From: Antedon mediterranea
Lineage: Eukaryota; Animalia; Echinodermata
Direction of reading: 5' to 3'
Length of the DNA stretch: 64,000 nucleotides
NCBI RefSeq assembly: GCF_964355755.1
Contig: NC_092678.1
Location: 6,154,422-6,218,421 of the forward strand
Shown: positions 14,360 through 27,405 of the stretch, one piece after another
Position numbering within the stretch: position 1 is the first letter of the stretch
How the letters are laid out: each line of letters starts with the position of its first letter
Translations under genes and position numbers: made by a program
Notes under the pieces: generated by a model
What the model was told of the DNA's origin: nothing
Seen by the model: the letters and a program-made list of their open reading frames with translations, nothing else
Database searches by the model: none

Positions 14360-15390
14360 CTCTATGTACAAAATCATATTTATCTGCAACCAATCACATG
14401 ATCTAACGAACAAACAAACAAAGAAACGAACATACAAACAAACAAACCAACAAACAAAACATACAAATGGCAAGCACTATAATGTACGTACAAACTCATC
14501 CATATTTATCTCCAACCAATCACATGATCTAACGAACAAACAAATAAACGAACACACAAATAAACAAACAAACAAACAAAACATACAAATGGCAAGCACT
14601 ATATGTACGTACAAACTTATCCATATTTATCTCCAACCAATCACATGATCTAACGAACAAACAAACAAACATACAAACAAACAAACCAACAAACAAAACA
14701 TACAAATGGCAAGCACTATATGTACGTACAAACTCATCCATATTTATCTGCAACCAATCACATGATCTAACGAACAAACAAACAAACAAACCAACAAACA
14801 AAACATACAAATGGAAAGCACTATTGTACGTACAAACTCATCCATATTTATCTCCAACCAATCACATGATCTAACGAACAAACAAAGAAACGAACATACA
14901 AACAAACAAACCAACAAACAAAACATACAAATGGCAAGCACTATAATTATGTACGTACAAACTTATCCATATTTATCTGCAACCAATCACATGATCTAAC
15001 GAACAAACAAACAAACAAACCAACAAACAAAACATACAAATGGAAAGCACTATATGTACGTACAAACTCATCCATATTTATCTGCAACCAATCACATGAT
15101 CTAACGAACAAACAAACCAACAAACAAACCAAATGTAATGCAAATGACAAACTGCACTATATGTACGTACAAAATCATATTCATCTGCCATGATCTAACG
15201 AACAAACAAAGAAACGAACATACAAACAAACAAACCAAAGAAAATTTTTTTAAATTCAAATGGCAAACTACACTATATGTACGTACACAATCATATTTAT
15301 CTGCAATCAATCACGTGATCTAACGAACAAACAAACCAATGAACACACAAACAAACAAACAAACAAAGTGTAATACAAACTGCACTGAGT
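14360..15390. repeat. Minisatellite, ~9 units of 105-125 bp with an internal (aaac)n tract
   Basis: Unit tgtacgtacaaactcatccatatttatct(g/c)caaccaatcacatgatctaacgaac(aaac)n..atacaaatggcaagcacta. Confidence 0.95.
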
Positions 15391-15963
15391 ACAAAATCAT
15401 TTTAATTTGCAAATTCAAATCTATAAACTGAATCACCAAGATTCGTTTTAAATGTTTTCCGGTGACAAATCAATATATCTGGAAATGACCTAAAGGTTAA
15501 AACATTAATATGGAATTCATTAAAATATCATTGCTATTATTAGCTGAGCACCAAGTAGGAAGCAATAAGTGATGGTGACCGACGGATGTGCCACAATGAC
15601 GTGACCACGCCACTTCTTATAATGTTATTAACGTGTGCCTAATGTATGTAAATTAAACCGCAGTATTAAAATAATACGATACAAAAAGTAAATGTTTCAC
15701 TGGATAAACCAATATAATAATATATATATATATATATCTAACAATCCATACAGAGCTATATAACTGAAGTAGTTTTATGTAATAATCAACTTTAATTTGT
15801 GAGGTACCTTTTACACACTATTAATAATGACCTAAAAGATGATGCTGACATAATGCGGCAATATAGATCTCTGAGAGTATAAGAGCAAATTCTATTGCTA
15901 GGAAGTTTGGTAAATGTTTAGATCATATTGCTTAAATATGTATTGTGAATCATTATGGGCACT

Positions 15964-16133
15964 AAAGCGTGGTTCCCACTAGCGACGCAACACAAGGACG
16001 TAACGCAACGCAAGTGAATTGACCAATCACAAGCGATGGCTTATTTGTTTGTGATTGCTAACCGTCTATAACTTCGCTTGTCATTGGTTAAAACGCTTGC
16101 GCTGCGTTTACGTCCTTGGGGAACCAAGCTTTA
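15964..16133. mobile_element. MITE (PIF/Harbinger-like); relatives at ~16350-16455 and 56087-56223
   Basis: Ends taaagcgtggttccc / gggaaccaagcttta; internal inverted gaccaatcacaagcga / tcgcttgtcattggt. Confidence 0.6.
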
Positions 16134-17399
16134 GCTACAAGTGTGTTACAATAACGCATTGTAATTGCGTGTGATACTTATTTACCACGACACAATACGG
16201 TAGTGCATCAACTATGTTTGTTAGTATGGTTTGTTATCTTTAAAAAAAAACCATCAGGAAATATATTATGGTTTGTCACTATGAATTACACCCTAAAAAT
16301 ATTTTTATGTGAATTATGAGAAATGCCCTTTATTCAAGTACATCATCCGTAACGCAAGCGAATTGACCAATCAAAAGCTACGGATTATTTAAACTGTCGC
16401 TTTTGATTGGTCAATTCGATTGCCTTGCGTTCCTTTTATGGGGGAACCAAGTTTTAATTGACCAAAATTGAACTACAGTTCGGGTGATCCATCGCGTTAC
16501 ACCACGTCCTTGCATTGCGTCAAATTAAGAACAAAGCTTACAGTAGGTCTACTAGAACTGCACATGCTTATTCCATTGTTAAACTATATTTAGAAAATAT
16601 AATATTCTATAAATAGAAACTTCCTGTTAACTACTACTGTTACTAATTGTTAAGCTAAACCGGTAGCAATAAAATGAACCCGTATGACGTATAGTTAACT
16701 ATAATACGATATTATTTTAATTAATACAAAGGCGTATTGATCAATACATTATATTCATTCATGTTACAGTAGGTAATAAAATGACGTCATTGTATAGAAT
16801 GTACAGAGTGTATTTAATAGCGCCCTGTAAGTACAACCCGATACAATTAGTATTACATTGTATTGATATTACAAACCTGGTTTTAAAAGGTGCATTTTCG
16901 GTCTATTTCCAGTAACAAGACATTGCACTGTTGTGATTAAATTCACTAAATTCGGATAGGGAAACACCAAAACAAACAAATATAATATTACAATCACAAT
17001 TTAAAAAAATTACTCATAATGATTATATAATATTGTCATATTTCGGATTTTATAATTTGTATATATTGGATTGTAAATTGTCTCATGCAAATTAGAATCA
17101 GTTTCGAATTCCATTGTTACCTTCTTAAATAAACATTTCTGCATAATTTCAACCTTGGGAGTTAAAAAAACTATTTCCTAATATACAGCGTAGATTGAAA
17201 TAGTTATATTAACAAGCCTTATTATTGATGACACTTGTCAACACCCCCCCCCCCCACCCACAAAAAAAAACAAGAAAGAAAAAGGATGTAGGTATAACTA
17301 CTGTATGTCATAGCATAAATACTGTAGTATTTTAGAATCTGTTGCAACATTTGTATACTCTACTGTAATACAGTATTTAATGTCCCATTTTTAACTTAA

Positions 17400-17664
17400 A
17401 GATGTATTGTCCCCCAAAAACAAGAAAAATGAAGATTAATTAAAACATACTTTGAATAGGTTATTTTGTAGTTTTAATCAAGCTAATCACTTCAGTAGAA
17501 AAAAAATCTAAAAAAAAAATGATGTTTTCACTTATAAAATGACAAAATAATGGTTAAATTCAACCAAAAATCCATTGGCTGGCAGCCAATTTGACTATTT
17601 TTTGCTTTAAATTACAGTTTTTCAGGTAAATAATTTAATATTTTTTCAGGGGGACAATACATCT
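17400..17664. mobile_element. MITE with TTAA target duplication (Kolobok/piggyBac-type)
   Basis: Perfect 16-bp TIR agatgtattgtccccc / gggggacaatacatct, flanked by ttaa at 17396-17399 and 17665-17668. Confidence 0.8.
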
Positions 17665-18091
17665 TTAAGATGAATGTCATCATAACAGTTCTGTGACAGT
17701 TACATTTATATGTGTGCATTTCCTTGCATTATATTAACGATTAAAGTTGTGTAGCCTACACGGTTAATTTCCAACGTTAGATTCATGTTAATAAAACAAT
17801 TTACAAAACAGAAGAGATGTTTCATGTGAACTTTACTCAATATTGGGAAGTTAGAGCATGGACCTATGAATTAAGTTATAGGTCCATGGTTAGAGCACTA
17901 ACCATTCATCCAAACAAACAAACAAACAGCTTGCTTGCCGAAAAGAGTTGACATAACGTGAGACACGGTCAATGTCTATAATACAAAGTGGGAGAAGGGG
18001 AGAGGTTATTACTGTAGGAGAAAGTGCTGGTTCCCGTACAGTACGTCAAGAATCGGGTGGTAAACTGTAACATCACTTATCTTCAGGGCTC

Positions 18092-19255
18092 CTATACACT
18101 CTGCTCCACATTAGGCCTACTTGTTACATCGTTGCTCGTACTATTGCCAACGGAAAGTTGTTTATTTCTCCTAATTTGAAGGTATTTGGTGCTTATAATT
18201 GCTAAAATAATGATAAACACACAAAATAAGATTGACCGAATTAACAATATTGATTTTGAGTTCAGATCATTTTCCCTGCTGATGCTAGATGTAGGTAAAC
18301 CAGTCTTTGCAATATCTGGATGAACAAGATCTGTGACGTCAACATTCAGTATCGTCGTATCTGAACCCTCTGAATATTCACCTCTAGCGGTGCACTTTAC
18401 TAGTGTGCCGTTTAAACCAATAGTTACATTGTGTATGATTAAACTGTTACTTTTGTTAACCATGTCAATTTTCGGGAACGATTCCCAGATGTACTCAACT
18501 TGCGTAATGTTATTAGTGTCTGGTAGAGAACAATTTAAAACAGCGTCTTCGCCTTCAATCAGATTGTCTAATGTTAAAGAAACATTCAAACGACTTTTTA
18601 CTAATACATTGACTGCGCAAGTATACGTTCGATATCGCACTAAGAAAGAGCAAGTGTACCGCCACATCATAGCCTTTTCATTGCCTGTAATATGGAATTC
18701 TCTTTCAATTACTGTATTATTACCTGAAATTTTATATGTATACTTCATCTCTTCCGATTTCAACGAATGTTGGAATTGAAGATCTGGATAGGAAAACATT
18801 TGGCATTGTACAGTAACAGTACAATCACCAATACAGTAATCTTTGTCAGATGAGCACTGTGGTGAAGAATATGGATACACAGTCACGTTGAAGCTGGATT
18901 CCAGTACAACATTGTCATGACGAGTGACGAGAATGCTGTACAAACCTCTGTCAGAAATCGTCACATTGGTTATTATTATATAAATGTATAATCTTTCAGA
19001 ATCCAAAGTATACGTCTTATTAGAAATGGAGATACGATTGTCATCTACTGGTTGATTATTCTTCTTCAGCTGATAATGTTTTACACAATCGTTACATCTG
19101 ACAACATAACATTCAGCTCTCAGCGTATCGCCAGCAATGTAGTAATCGTATAACGACCTGTAACAACGAATATCTGATTGCTGTGCTGACATATAACTTA
19201 CATCAAAGAAGATGAAAATGAACACTGCTACAACACAGGTGGTTACAGACTCCAT
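18092..19255 (-). CDS. Ig-superfamily type-I membrane protein, paralog 1 (387 aa, single coding exon, intact)
   Basis: ATG at 19255 is homologous to the other paralog starts; signal peptide; D1 with DRGLYS; Cys-rich D2; C2-like D3 (LNC..W..LIIHNVT...NGT.VKC.A); TM; short basic tail. Confidence 0.88.
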   Translation of the reverse strand: MESVTTCVVAVFIFIFFDVSYMSAQQSDIRCYRSLYDYYIAGDTLRAECYVVRCNDCVKHYQLKKNNQPVDDNRISISNKTYTLDSERLYIYIIITNVTISDRGLYSILVTRHDNVVLESSFNVTVYPYSSPQCSSDKDYCIGDCTVTVQCQMFSYPDLQFQHSLKSEEMKYTYKISGNNTVIEREFHITGNEKAMMWRYTCSFLVRYRTYTCAVNVLVKSRLNVSLTLDNLIEGEDAVLNCSLPDTNNITQVEYIWESFPKIDMVNKSNSLIIHNVTIGLNGTLVKCTARGEYSEGSDTTILNVDVTDLVHPDIAKTGLPTSSISRENDLNSKSILLIRSILFCVFIIILAIISTKYLQIRRNKQLSVGNSTSNDVTSRPNVEQSV

Positions 19256-19807
19256 AGTACTTTGGAACACAAAATATGCTCTGTACAATCACTGCTCAAT
19301 GCTTGTGAACATCAATTGTAAAACTCTCGGAAAACAATTCGTGCTTGCATTTTTACAGTAGGCCTAATTAATCCTTAGACCATCATTTTTAGTTTCATAT
19401 GCGAGTTTTTATTTTTCTTTCGTCGCGAGTTTATTGATTTGTTTCAATTTAGGCACCACAAAAATTACAGAAAAAATACAAAACAATACAAAGTAAACAA
19501 AATGATAACAATTATCAAAAGCGAACTTAATCACTGTTTGAAGACTAAATGTATTTAACATTAAGTGATGGCGCTAGTTACACTCCGTTATGCGTGATTA
19601 ATTAGTATGACGTAATGCATACGCGGTATGAGTACTCGGGGGTTCATTGAGGGTATGGGAGACCAGTAAATCCATTGTAGCAAGCAAGATATGTTGTAAA
19701 TAGAGTACGAATGAATTTAGTTGATTAGCTTTATTTGTTACTTGTCTTAACAATACAATTCAGGGCTAGATAACTTTCCTTTAAACTTTGGATCACATTT
19801 TCTGTAA

Positions 19808-20500
19808 TTTTTTTTTTTTTTTTTTTTTTTTTTATTGAACACTTTCATATTTAAATTTAAAAAATAGCTTAAAATAATAACACTTTCTTATTAATAGTAA
19901 TACACAATATACATTTCTCTTAAGAACAAAATATAAATAATTTCACAATGTAATAAATATAAATCTATTTTTTCTTTTCTCTTAAAAACAAAGTCTATAA
20001 ATAATTTGTTGTCAATTTTTTCTTTTTAAGCATATTTCCACTAAAGAATAATTTAATTAAACATAAAACTTTCTTATTCAAATAAATAGTTATTACTTAC
20101 TAAATAAACAGATGATAAAAGTTCTATAAATTCAAGATTAAAAAAAACATTATATGAAAACAGTGCTTTTATTGAACACTTTCATATTTCAATTTAAAAA
20201 ATAGCTTAAAATAATAACACCTTTTAAATAATAATAATATATAATATACATTTCTCTTAAGAACAAACTATAAATAATTTCATGATGTAATAAATATAAA
20301 TCTACTTTTTCTTTTTTCTTAAAAACAAAGTCTATAAATAATTTGTTGTCAATTTTTTCTTTTATAACATATTTCAACTAAATAATTTAATTAAACATAA
20401 AACTTTCTTATTCAAATAAATAGTTTAACTTACTAAATAAACAGATCATAAAAGTCTATAAATAATTCAGGATTAAAAAACATAATATAACAAACAGTAC
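19808..20500 (-). repeat. Poly(T) run plus tandem duplication 2 x ~340 bp, possibly the 3' end of a retroelement
   Basis: ttttattgaacactttcatattt.aatttaaaaaatagc at ~19830 and ~20167; minus strand ends in aataaa + poly(A). Confidence 0.6.
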
Positions 20501-21736
20501 TAAGTCCTTTTTTTTAATGCAAAGTTAATTTTCTGTAACTTGTTCCAACTATTACCTCACACAACATTTGTTTTAGTGTTCATAGATATTTAGTTCAAGA
20601 TTAACAAAACATGACTTTTCTACACTCAAACCGCAATAAAAAATACTCTAGATTTTTCCTAAACTGCATTTAAATTTGGAATTCCTTTCCAGTATCTTTT
20701 AAAGAACATTAATTAACTTTTAAATTAAACCTAAAGATCATTTTAGAATTATCATATACAAGTGCATTAAACACAGTCATCCTTGGTGATTTAAAAAAAA
20801 ATGTTTTGCATTTTAAAATATAAAATATTTTTTATGACACCATGGAAACTAATTCTTACTAAGGAGACATATCTATGTATATATTGTAATAATTCGAAAA
20901 AAAAAACAAACAACAAAAGTGCAAACACGATTTTTTTTAAATAGACCACAAAGACAAATTAATTACTGAAAACAGTTTAGCAAGTTGATGGCATATAATT
21001 AGAGAATTATGGGATAGTGATTACTATAGGATTATGGGAAATTGCTTACTATAAGATTATGAAATATTGTTTACTATAGGATTATGGGATTTTGTTTCTA
21101 GTTTTCTGATGGCATACCGTATTTAATTGATTGCGGAATTGTTCAAGATCTCTTTTAAACATTGATTACGATACTACATATTAACAGACATGCAATCATT
21201 ACTGTACTAACATTTTACATAAATCAATCTTCTTTTGCTTTGTATATTGTGAACTGTCTTATAAAAACATGTAAATTAGAAGCAGTTTCGAAATATATAT
21301 TATTATACACTTTCTATTGATAGATAAACATTTCTAACGCAAATAAAAAACTAACTAGTTCTTTATACAACTTGTTTAATTATCATCTATAGTCCCATTA
21401 TTACAGTTATAAAAAGTTACATAATAAGGACAAAAATATAATAATTACGTCATAGTCTTATTAGTCTATTTGGGCCAATGTTCATCAATGCCTTTCCTTT
21501 TACTGATCTTGTTTGTCAATTCCATTTACCATAATCCATCTTGTCATTGTCCACCTTTTTTCCTTAAACTTCCCTTCATGACACTTCGTTCAAGTTGTTT
21601 CGCTCTAGTGCTCGAAGTATTTACCTTATATTTCCTGATTGTTGGCGTCTTCTCGTCTATTTACATTTGTTACATTGTCTCTGTATATTATAACAGCATT
21701 GTATTAAACGATGTGCAATGTATTTACGGCTCATTG

Positions 21737-22860
21737 TCAGTCTTTTATACAGATGATACATTCGTTCTTCGTATTGTTGCCAGTAGAATGTTTTTTCTTT
21801 CGAATGCATTTTGTGATTACAATTACCAACATAATGATAAACACACATAATATAATCGACCGAATCAATAATATTAATTTTGATGGAAATTCTCTGCTAA
21901 TCGTTAAGATTTCTTGATGAACGTGATCAATATCTGTGACGTCAACATTCAGTAACGTCGTATCGGAACCCTCTGAATATTCACCTCTAGCGGTACACTT
22001 TACTTCTGTCCCCCGTTTAAACCAATAGTTACATTGCGTATGATTAACCTGTTACTTTTGTTAACCGTATCCATTTTCGGGAACGATTCCCAGATGTACT
22101 CAACTTGCGTAATGTTATTAGTGTTTGGAAGAGAGCAGTTTAAAACCGCATCGTCGCCTTCAATCAGATTGTCTGCTGTTAAAGAAACATTTAAACGACT
22201 TTTTACTAATATGTTGACTTCACATGCACACCATTTATTTCGCACTTCGAAAAAACACATGTTTTGCCACATCGTACCCTTTTCAAGGCCTGTAATTGGG
22301 AATTCTCTTTCAATTACTGTATTATTACCTGAAATCTTATATGTATACCCTATATCTTTCAACGAATTATGGAATTGAAGATCTGGATACGAAAAGATTT
22401 GGCATTGTACAGTGACATTACAATCACCAATACAATAATCTTTGTCAGATGAGCACTGTGGTGAAGAATATGGATACACAGTCACGTTGAAGCTGGATTC
22501 CTCGATAGCACTATCATTACGAGTGACGAGAATGCTGTACAAACCACTGTCAGAAATCGTCACATTGGTTATTGTTATATCAATGTATAATGTTTCATTA
22601 TCCCAAGGATACGTTTTATTAGAAATGGAGATACGATTGTCATCTACTGGTTGATTATTCTTCTTCAGCTGATAATGTTTTACACAATCGTTACATCTGT
22701 CAACATAACATTCAGTTCTCAGCGTATCACCAGCAATGTAGTAACGGTAATACGACCAGTAGTTGTAACAAAGAATATCTGATTGCTGTGCTGACATATA
22801 ACTTACATCAAAGAAGATGAAAATGAACACTGCTACAACAGAAGTGGCTACAGACTTCAT
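21737..22860 (-). pseudogene. Ig membrane protein paralog 2, frameshifted (286-aa ORF 22000-22860 lacking TM)
   Basis: C5 run at 22010-22014 versus C3 in paralogs 5 and 6 (+2 nt); the corrected frame continues TEVKCTARGEYSEG..LLIRSIILCVFIIMLVIVITK.. to TGA at 21737. Confidence 0.8.
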
Positions 22861-23130
22861 AGTGCTTTACAAACACACAATATGCTGTGTACAATGTATC
22901 GCTGTTCAATGCTTGTGATGTCAATCCCCGAACTGTTGGTAATAAATAGTTCGTGTCTGCAGCTTCACAGTTATTGCTCAATAATAATTGTTAGTTTCAT
23001 GTCAAGATGTTTATTTTGCTTTCGTCTCAGGTTTTTATGTGGCAAAATGAAATAATTGATAAAATATAAAATGAAGGGGAAAAACCTAATCACTTTAAAG
23101 TATAGATGCAATAGACGATGGAAATATATA

Positions 23131-23845
23131 AAACAAGGCCATATAGATGGCTGCAGTCGCGTGCTCATTAGTGTTTACCGACCGACCGACCAACCAACCT
23201 ACCAACTGACCGAAATTACTGAACATGTTTAAAAATGTTGAAATGTTTAAAAACATTTATATTTTTTTAATTTACACGTGCGTAGCCTGTCACTTTTGAC
23301 GTGCTCGTATAACGTAATTTCGAGTTGAAAAGTCAAGAAAACAGAAATCGGGCAAAAAGAGTGCGCAATAACATATAACGCGCAGTGCGCGCGCAAAAAT
23401 CTGCGCACTCATGGCAATTTTGTAAACGCTTAAAATTGCCTGAAACGTACTCTTATTTCATTGAAAATAAATTAAAAAAATTTAAAGCGCGCGTACGCAT
23501 GTGTTACATGCGCTACGCACGTAATTGTATTGCCATATGATGATTTATGCCCTGAAATTTATGAGTACCAAATTTTATTTAATTCATGGTTGTGAAGATA
23601 TGATTACAAACGTGATTTCGTTAAATCGTGCGTAGACCGCGTAATTTTTTATTGCGCACCATGAAAACATAACCACATCGATTCCTGGCCATAAGGAATA
23701 TACTGTGAAAAATTGACTTAGCTAGATTAAACTGATATCAAGATAAGGTCAGAAAGCGATAAAACGCATAGTGATACCGGACCGACAGGATGACCGACCA
23801 ACCGACCGACATAGTGAACTATAGAGTCGCGTCCACGCGACTAAT
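23131..23845 (-). mobile_element. Non-autonomous Helentron/HINE element upstream of paralog 2
   Basis: SubTIR agtcgcgtg (23155-23163) / cacgcgact (23834-23842), terminal hairpins, (ccga/ccaa)n tracts; internal similarity to the 3135-4737 element; empty paralogous site at ~29560-29590. Confidence 0.8.
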
Positions 23846-24635
23846 AACGAATGGATATAGACACGAAGACAATGACTGGAAGCTGTTTGATGGTGTATTT
23901 AGAGGATTCTGGGATAGTGCTTTGTAAGATAATAATTCTTCAAACATTAATACGGTACTCATGTATCTGAGTAAACTGACAAACACGGTCTCATAAATCA
24001 ATATATTGTAATTATTTGCAAATGTATTATACACTTTCCATTCTACTGACAATAAAAACCACGATAATAAAAGAAGCTATTCCTCGATTCATGAAGCGTA
24101 TCGATAGGCTATTATCACCTAAGACAAAATTGTAAATGTAAAGTTTCAATAATATTCCATTATCCAAACATCATTCAAACATTATCGACAATAAATAACA
24201 GGCCATTCTATTTTAGTAGTTTAGTTTACTTGAATCCATGTCAACCAATGACGTCTGATGCCTTCCTGTATGTACCCCCATCCATATCAGGAAAAAGCGA
24301 GATGTTCTGGTTCCATCATTTTTAAAGATACGTTATCCTTGTATTTCTTCTTTTTTTCTTCATTCAACTTCTTTCATGACATTCTTTGAAGTTGGTTGGC
24401 TGTTATGAGCTCGAAATATTAGCATTTTCATTTCATTGGCATCTTCTTTTAAATCACTCTTCAATTCATTTGTTATTCTGTATGATATATTTAGCATTCT
24501 TTTACATATCTACATTAATATTACAACTGACACGATGTGCAATTTATCCCTACAGTTCTATAACAGCAGAGGCTGTGTCATTGCTACTATTGCCATTGGA
24601 ATGTCCTTTCTTTCGAATCTGAATGTGTTTTGTGA

Positions 24636-25673
24636 TTAATATTCCCAACATAATGATAAACTAAACACACATACTATAATCGATCGAATCAATATTAATT
24701 TTACGGAAAATTCTCTGCTAATCGTTAAGATTTCTTGATGAACTTGATCAACCTCCGTGACGTCAACATTCAGTATCGTCGTATCTGAACCCTCTGAATA
24801 TTCACCTCTGGCGGTGCACTTCACTACTGTTCCGTTTAAACCAATAGTTACATTTCTTATGATTAAAATGTTACTTGTGTTAACCGTATCCATTTTCGGG
24901 AACGATTCCCAGATGTACTCAACTTGCGTAATGTTATCGGTGTCTGGTAGAGTACAATTTAAAACCGCACCTTCGCATTCAATCAAATTTTCTGATGTTA
25001 AAGAAACCTTCAAACGACTTTTTACTAATACATTGACTTCACAAGTATACGTTCGATCGTGCACTTTGAAAGAGCACGTGTACCGCCACATCATCATCTT
25101 TTCAAGGCCTGTAATATGGAATTTTCTTTCAATTCTTGTATTATTACCTGAAATTTTATATGTATACTTCATTTCTTCCGATGTCAACGAAGGTTGGAAT
25201 TGAAGATCTGGATACGAAAACATTTGGCATTGTACAGTAACAGTACAGTCACCAATACAGTAATCTTCGTCAGATGAGCATTTTGGTGCAGGCTGTGGCA
25301 AAACAGTCACGTTAAAGCTAGATTCCTCAAAAACATTATCATGACGAGTGACGAGAATGCTATACACACCACTGTCAGAAACCCTTACAGTTGTTGTTAC
25401 TATTTTTAATGTTTCAGAATCCGAAGACGTTCTATTAGAAATGCTGATACGATTGTCATCTACTGATTGATTATTCTTCTTCAACTGATATTGTTTTACA
25501 CAATCGTAACATCTGCTAACATAACATACAGCTGTCAGCGTTTGACCAACAATGTAGTAGTCAACGAAATAATAGTGATGACAACGAACATTTTGTTGAT
25601 GTTCCGACATACAACTTACATCGAAGAAGATACAAATGAACACTGCTACAACGCAAGTGATGACAGACTTCAT
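24636..25673 (-). CDS. Ig membrane protein paralog 3 (345 aa); frameshift in the TM region removes the tail (possible pseudogene)
   Basis: Complete ectodomain; 5-bp duplication taaac at ~24657-24666 relative to paralog 5; the corrected frame reads FIIMLGILITKHIQIRKK..SAVIEL* (stop 24550). Confidence 0.8.
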   Translation of the reverse strand: MKSVITCVVAVFICIFFDVSCMSEHQQNVRCHHYYFVDYYIVGQTLTAVCYVSRCYDCVKQYQLKKNNQSVDDNRISISNRTSSDSETLKIVTTTVRVSDSGVYSILVTRHDNVFEESSFNVTVLPQPAPKCSSDEDYCIGDCTVTVQCQMFSYPDLQFQPSLTSEEMKYTYKISGNNTRIERKFHITGLEKMMMWRYTCSFKVHDRTYTCEVNVLVKSRLKVSLTSENLIECEGAVLNCTLPDTDNITQVEYIWESFPKMDTVNTSNILIIRNVTIGLNGTVVKCTARGEYSEGSDTTILNVDVTEVDQVHQEILTISREFSVKLILIRSIIVCVFSLSLCWEY

Positions 25674-26138
25674 AGTGCTTTGGTCACATAATATTATGCT
25701 GAGTGTACAATTTATCGCTGATCAATGCTTCGGAAAATCAATTCTCAAACTGTCAGCAATAAACAATTAGTGCCTGTTGCTTGAATTGTTGTTGATAATT
25801 AAATATTGTTTCATTTTCAAGTTTTAATCTTTCTTTGTTGCGGGGTTTTTATGTGGCAAAATGACATAATTGATTAACACAAAGTGAAGAGGAAAACATA
25901 CAACGTAAAGATGCAAAAAAAGATACAAATATAAAATAAATAATGGCTATAATAGACACGAAGAAATGACTGGAAGCTGTTTCTAATTGATGGCGTATTT
26001 AGAGTTTTATGAGATAATGTTTTGGAATAACATAAATAGATACAGTCTATTTATATATATATTCTATTTATTATAAACTTTCTATTGATAGATAAACATG
26101 TCTAACTTGCTAACGAAAATAATAAAAATAAAGTGGGC

Positions 26139-26760
26139 AGTTATTACAAAGTACAACAGCAGTTTATACAAAGCGAGACAATTATTACAAAGTGCGACAA
26201 GTTATTAGTGCGAAAGCAGGTTTTACAAAGTGTGACAATCATTAAAGTGCGACAATTATTACAAAGTGAGACAAGTTATTACAAAGTGTGACAAGTTATT
26301 AGTGCGACAGCAGTTTTTACAAAGTGCGACAATTATTACAAAGTGAAACAAGTTATTACAAAGTGTGACAAGTTATTAGTGCGACAGCAGTTTTTACAAA
26401 GTGCGACAATTATTACAAAGTGAGACAAGTTATTACAAAGTACAACAGCAGTTATTACAAAACGAGACAATTATTACAAAGTGAGACAAGTTATTATAAA
26501 GTGAGACAAGTTATTACAAAGTGAGACAGCAGTTATTACAAAGTGAGACAAATGATTACAAAGTGAGACAAGTTATTACAAAGTGCGACAGCAGTTATTA
26601 CGAAGTAAGATAAGTTATTACAACGTGAGACAGCAGTTATTACAAAGTGAGACAGCAGTTATTACAAAATGAGACAAGTTATTACAAAGTTAGACAGTAC
26701 AGTAGTTATTACAAAGTGAGACAAGTTATTACAAAGTTAGACGATTTTTACAGTGCGACA
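26139..26760. repeat. Minisatellite, 20-23-bp unit agttattacaaagtgagaca(gc)
   Basis: More than 25 adjacent degenerate copies. Confidence 0.95.
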
Positions 26761-27405
26761 GACAGTAAATAAAGGTTAAATTGTTCATCAATATATACAT
26801 ACAGTGTAGTAACATTTTCATAAATAAAATTTAAGATCATATCCATGTTCTAATTATTCTTATTGTTTACGTTGTATTGTGAGTTGTGACCATAATGCAA
26901 ATTGGAATCGGTTTCGAATTCTAGTGTAACCTGCTTAAATAAACATCTTTCCACAACTATTTACTTCTACATTGGAATATGAAATATAAACCTGACTATA
27001 ACCAATAACCAATTAAAATTCGTTAGACGTTTGCCCTACTCTGACGTAATAATTCTACTTAATACTAAGTAGGTTACATATGAGAACTGATGACTAGAGC
27101 GTAGATTCGAGCTTATAGGAAGCATAGGGTACTGCACCAACAAGGTGATAATTGTATAACTACTGTTTTACCAAGTAGCTAAGTTAAGTCACACTTTTTG
27201 GACATGCATTTAAAATGATGAATTGTGGTAATTCAATCACAAGATGGTGAGATGAATATCTCTATGTTTTAATTTATGTTGCTGTCTTTTTTTATACTTT
27301 GGTTCTGTTTTTATTTATACGTGACGATAAAGCGATAAAATAAAAAAAGAAACAGTCTTATTACATCAGGAGCCTACAACTGACACGATTTGATAGCTCT
27401 CCTTT

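Noticed and set aside
14364-15323. Multiple ORFs on both strands
   Set aside because: Translations of the (aaac)n minisatellite
19256-19288. TTG-initiated N-terminal extensions of paralogs 1 and 6 (also 33133-33168) in the ORF track
   Set aside because: The homologous ATG in an actATG context is shared by all seven copies and directly precedes the signal peptide
23076-23087. NF-kB-like site ggggaaaaacc upstream of paralog 2
   Set aside because: Not preserved at the homologous positions of other paralogs; short motifs are expected by chance
26139-26760. CRISPR-like appearance of short repeat arrays (also 36273-36452, 43671-43785, 51181-51626)
   Set aside because: Units are contiguous with no unique spacers, there are no cas genes, and the context is eukaryotic
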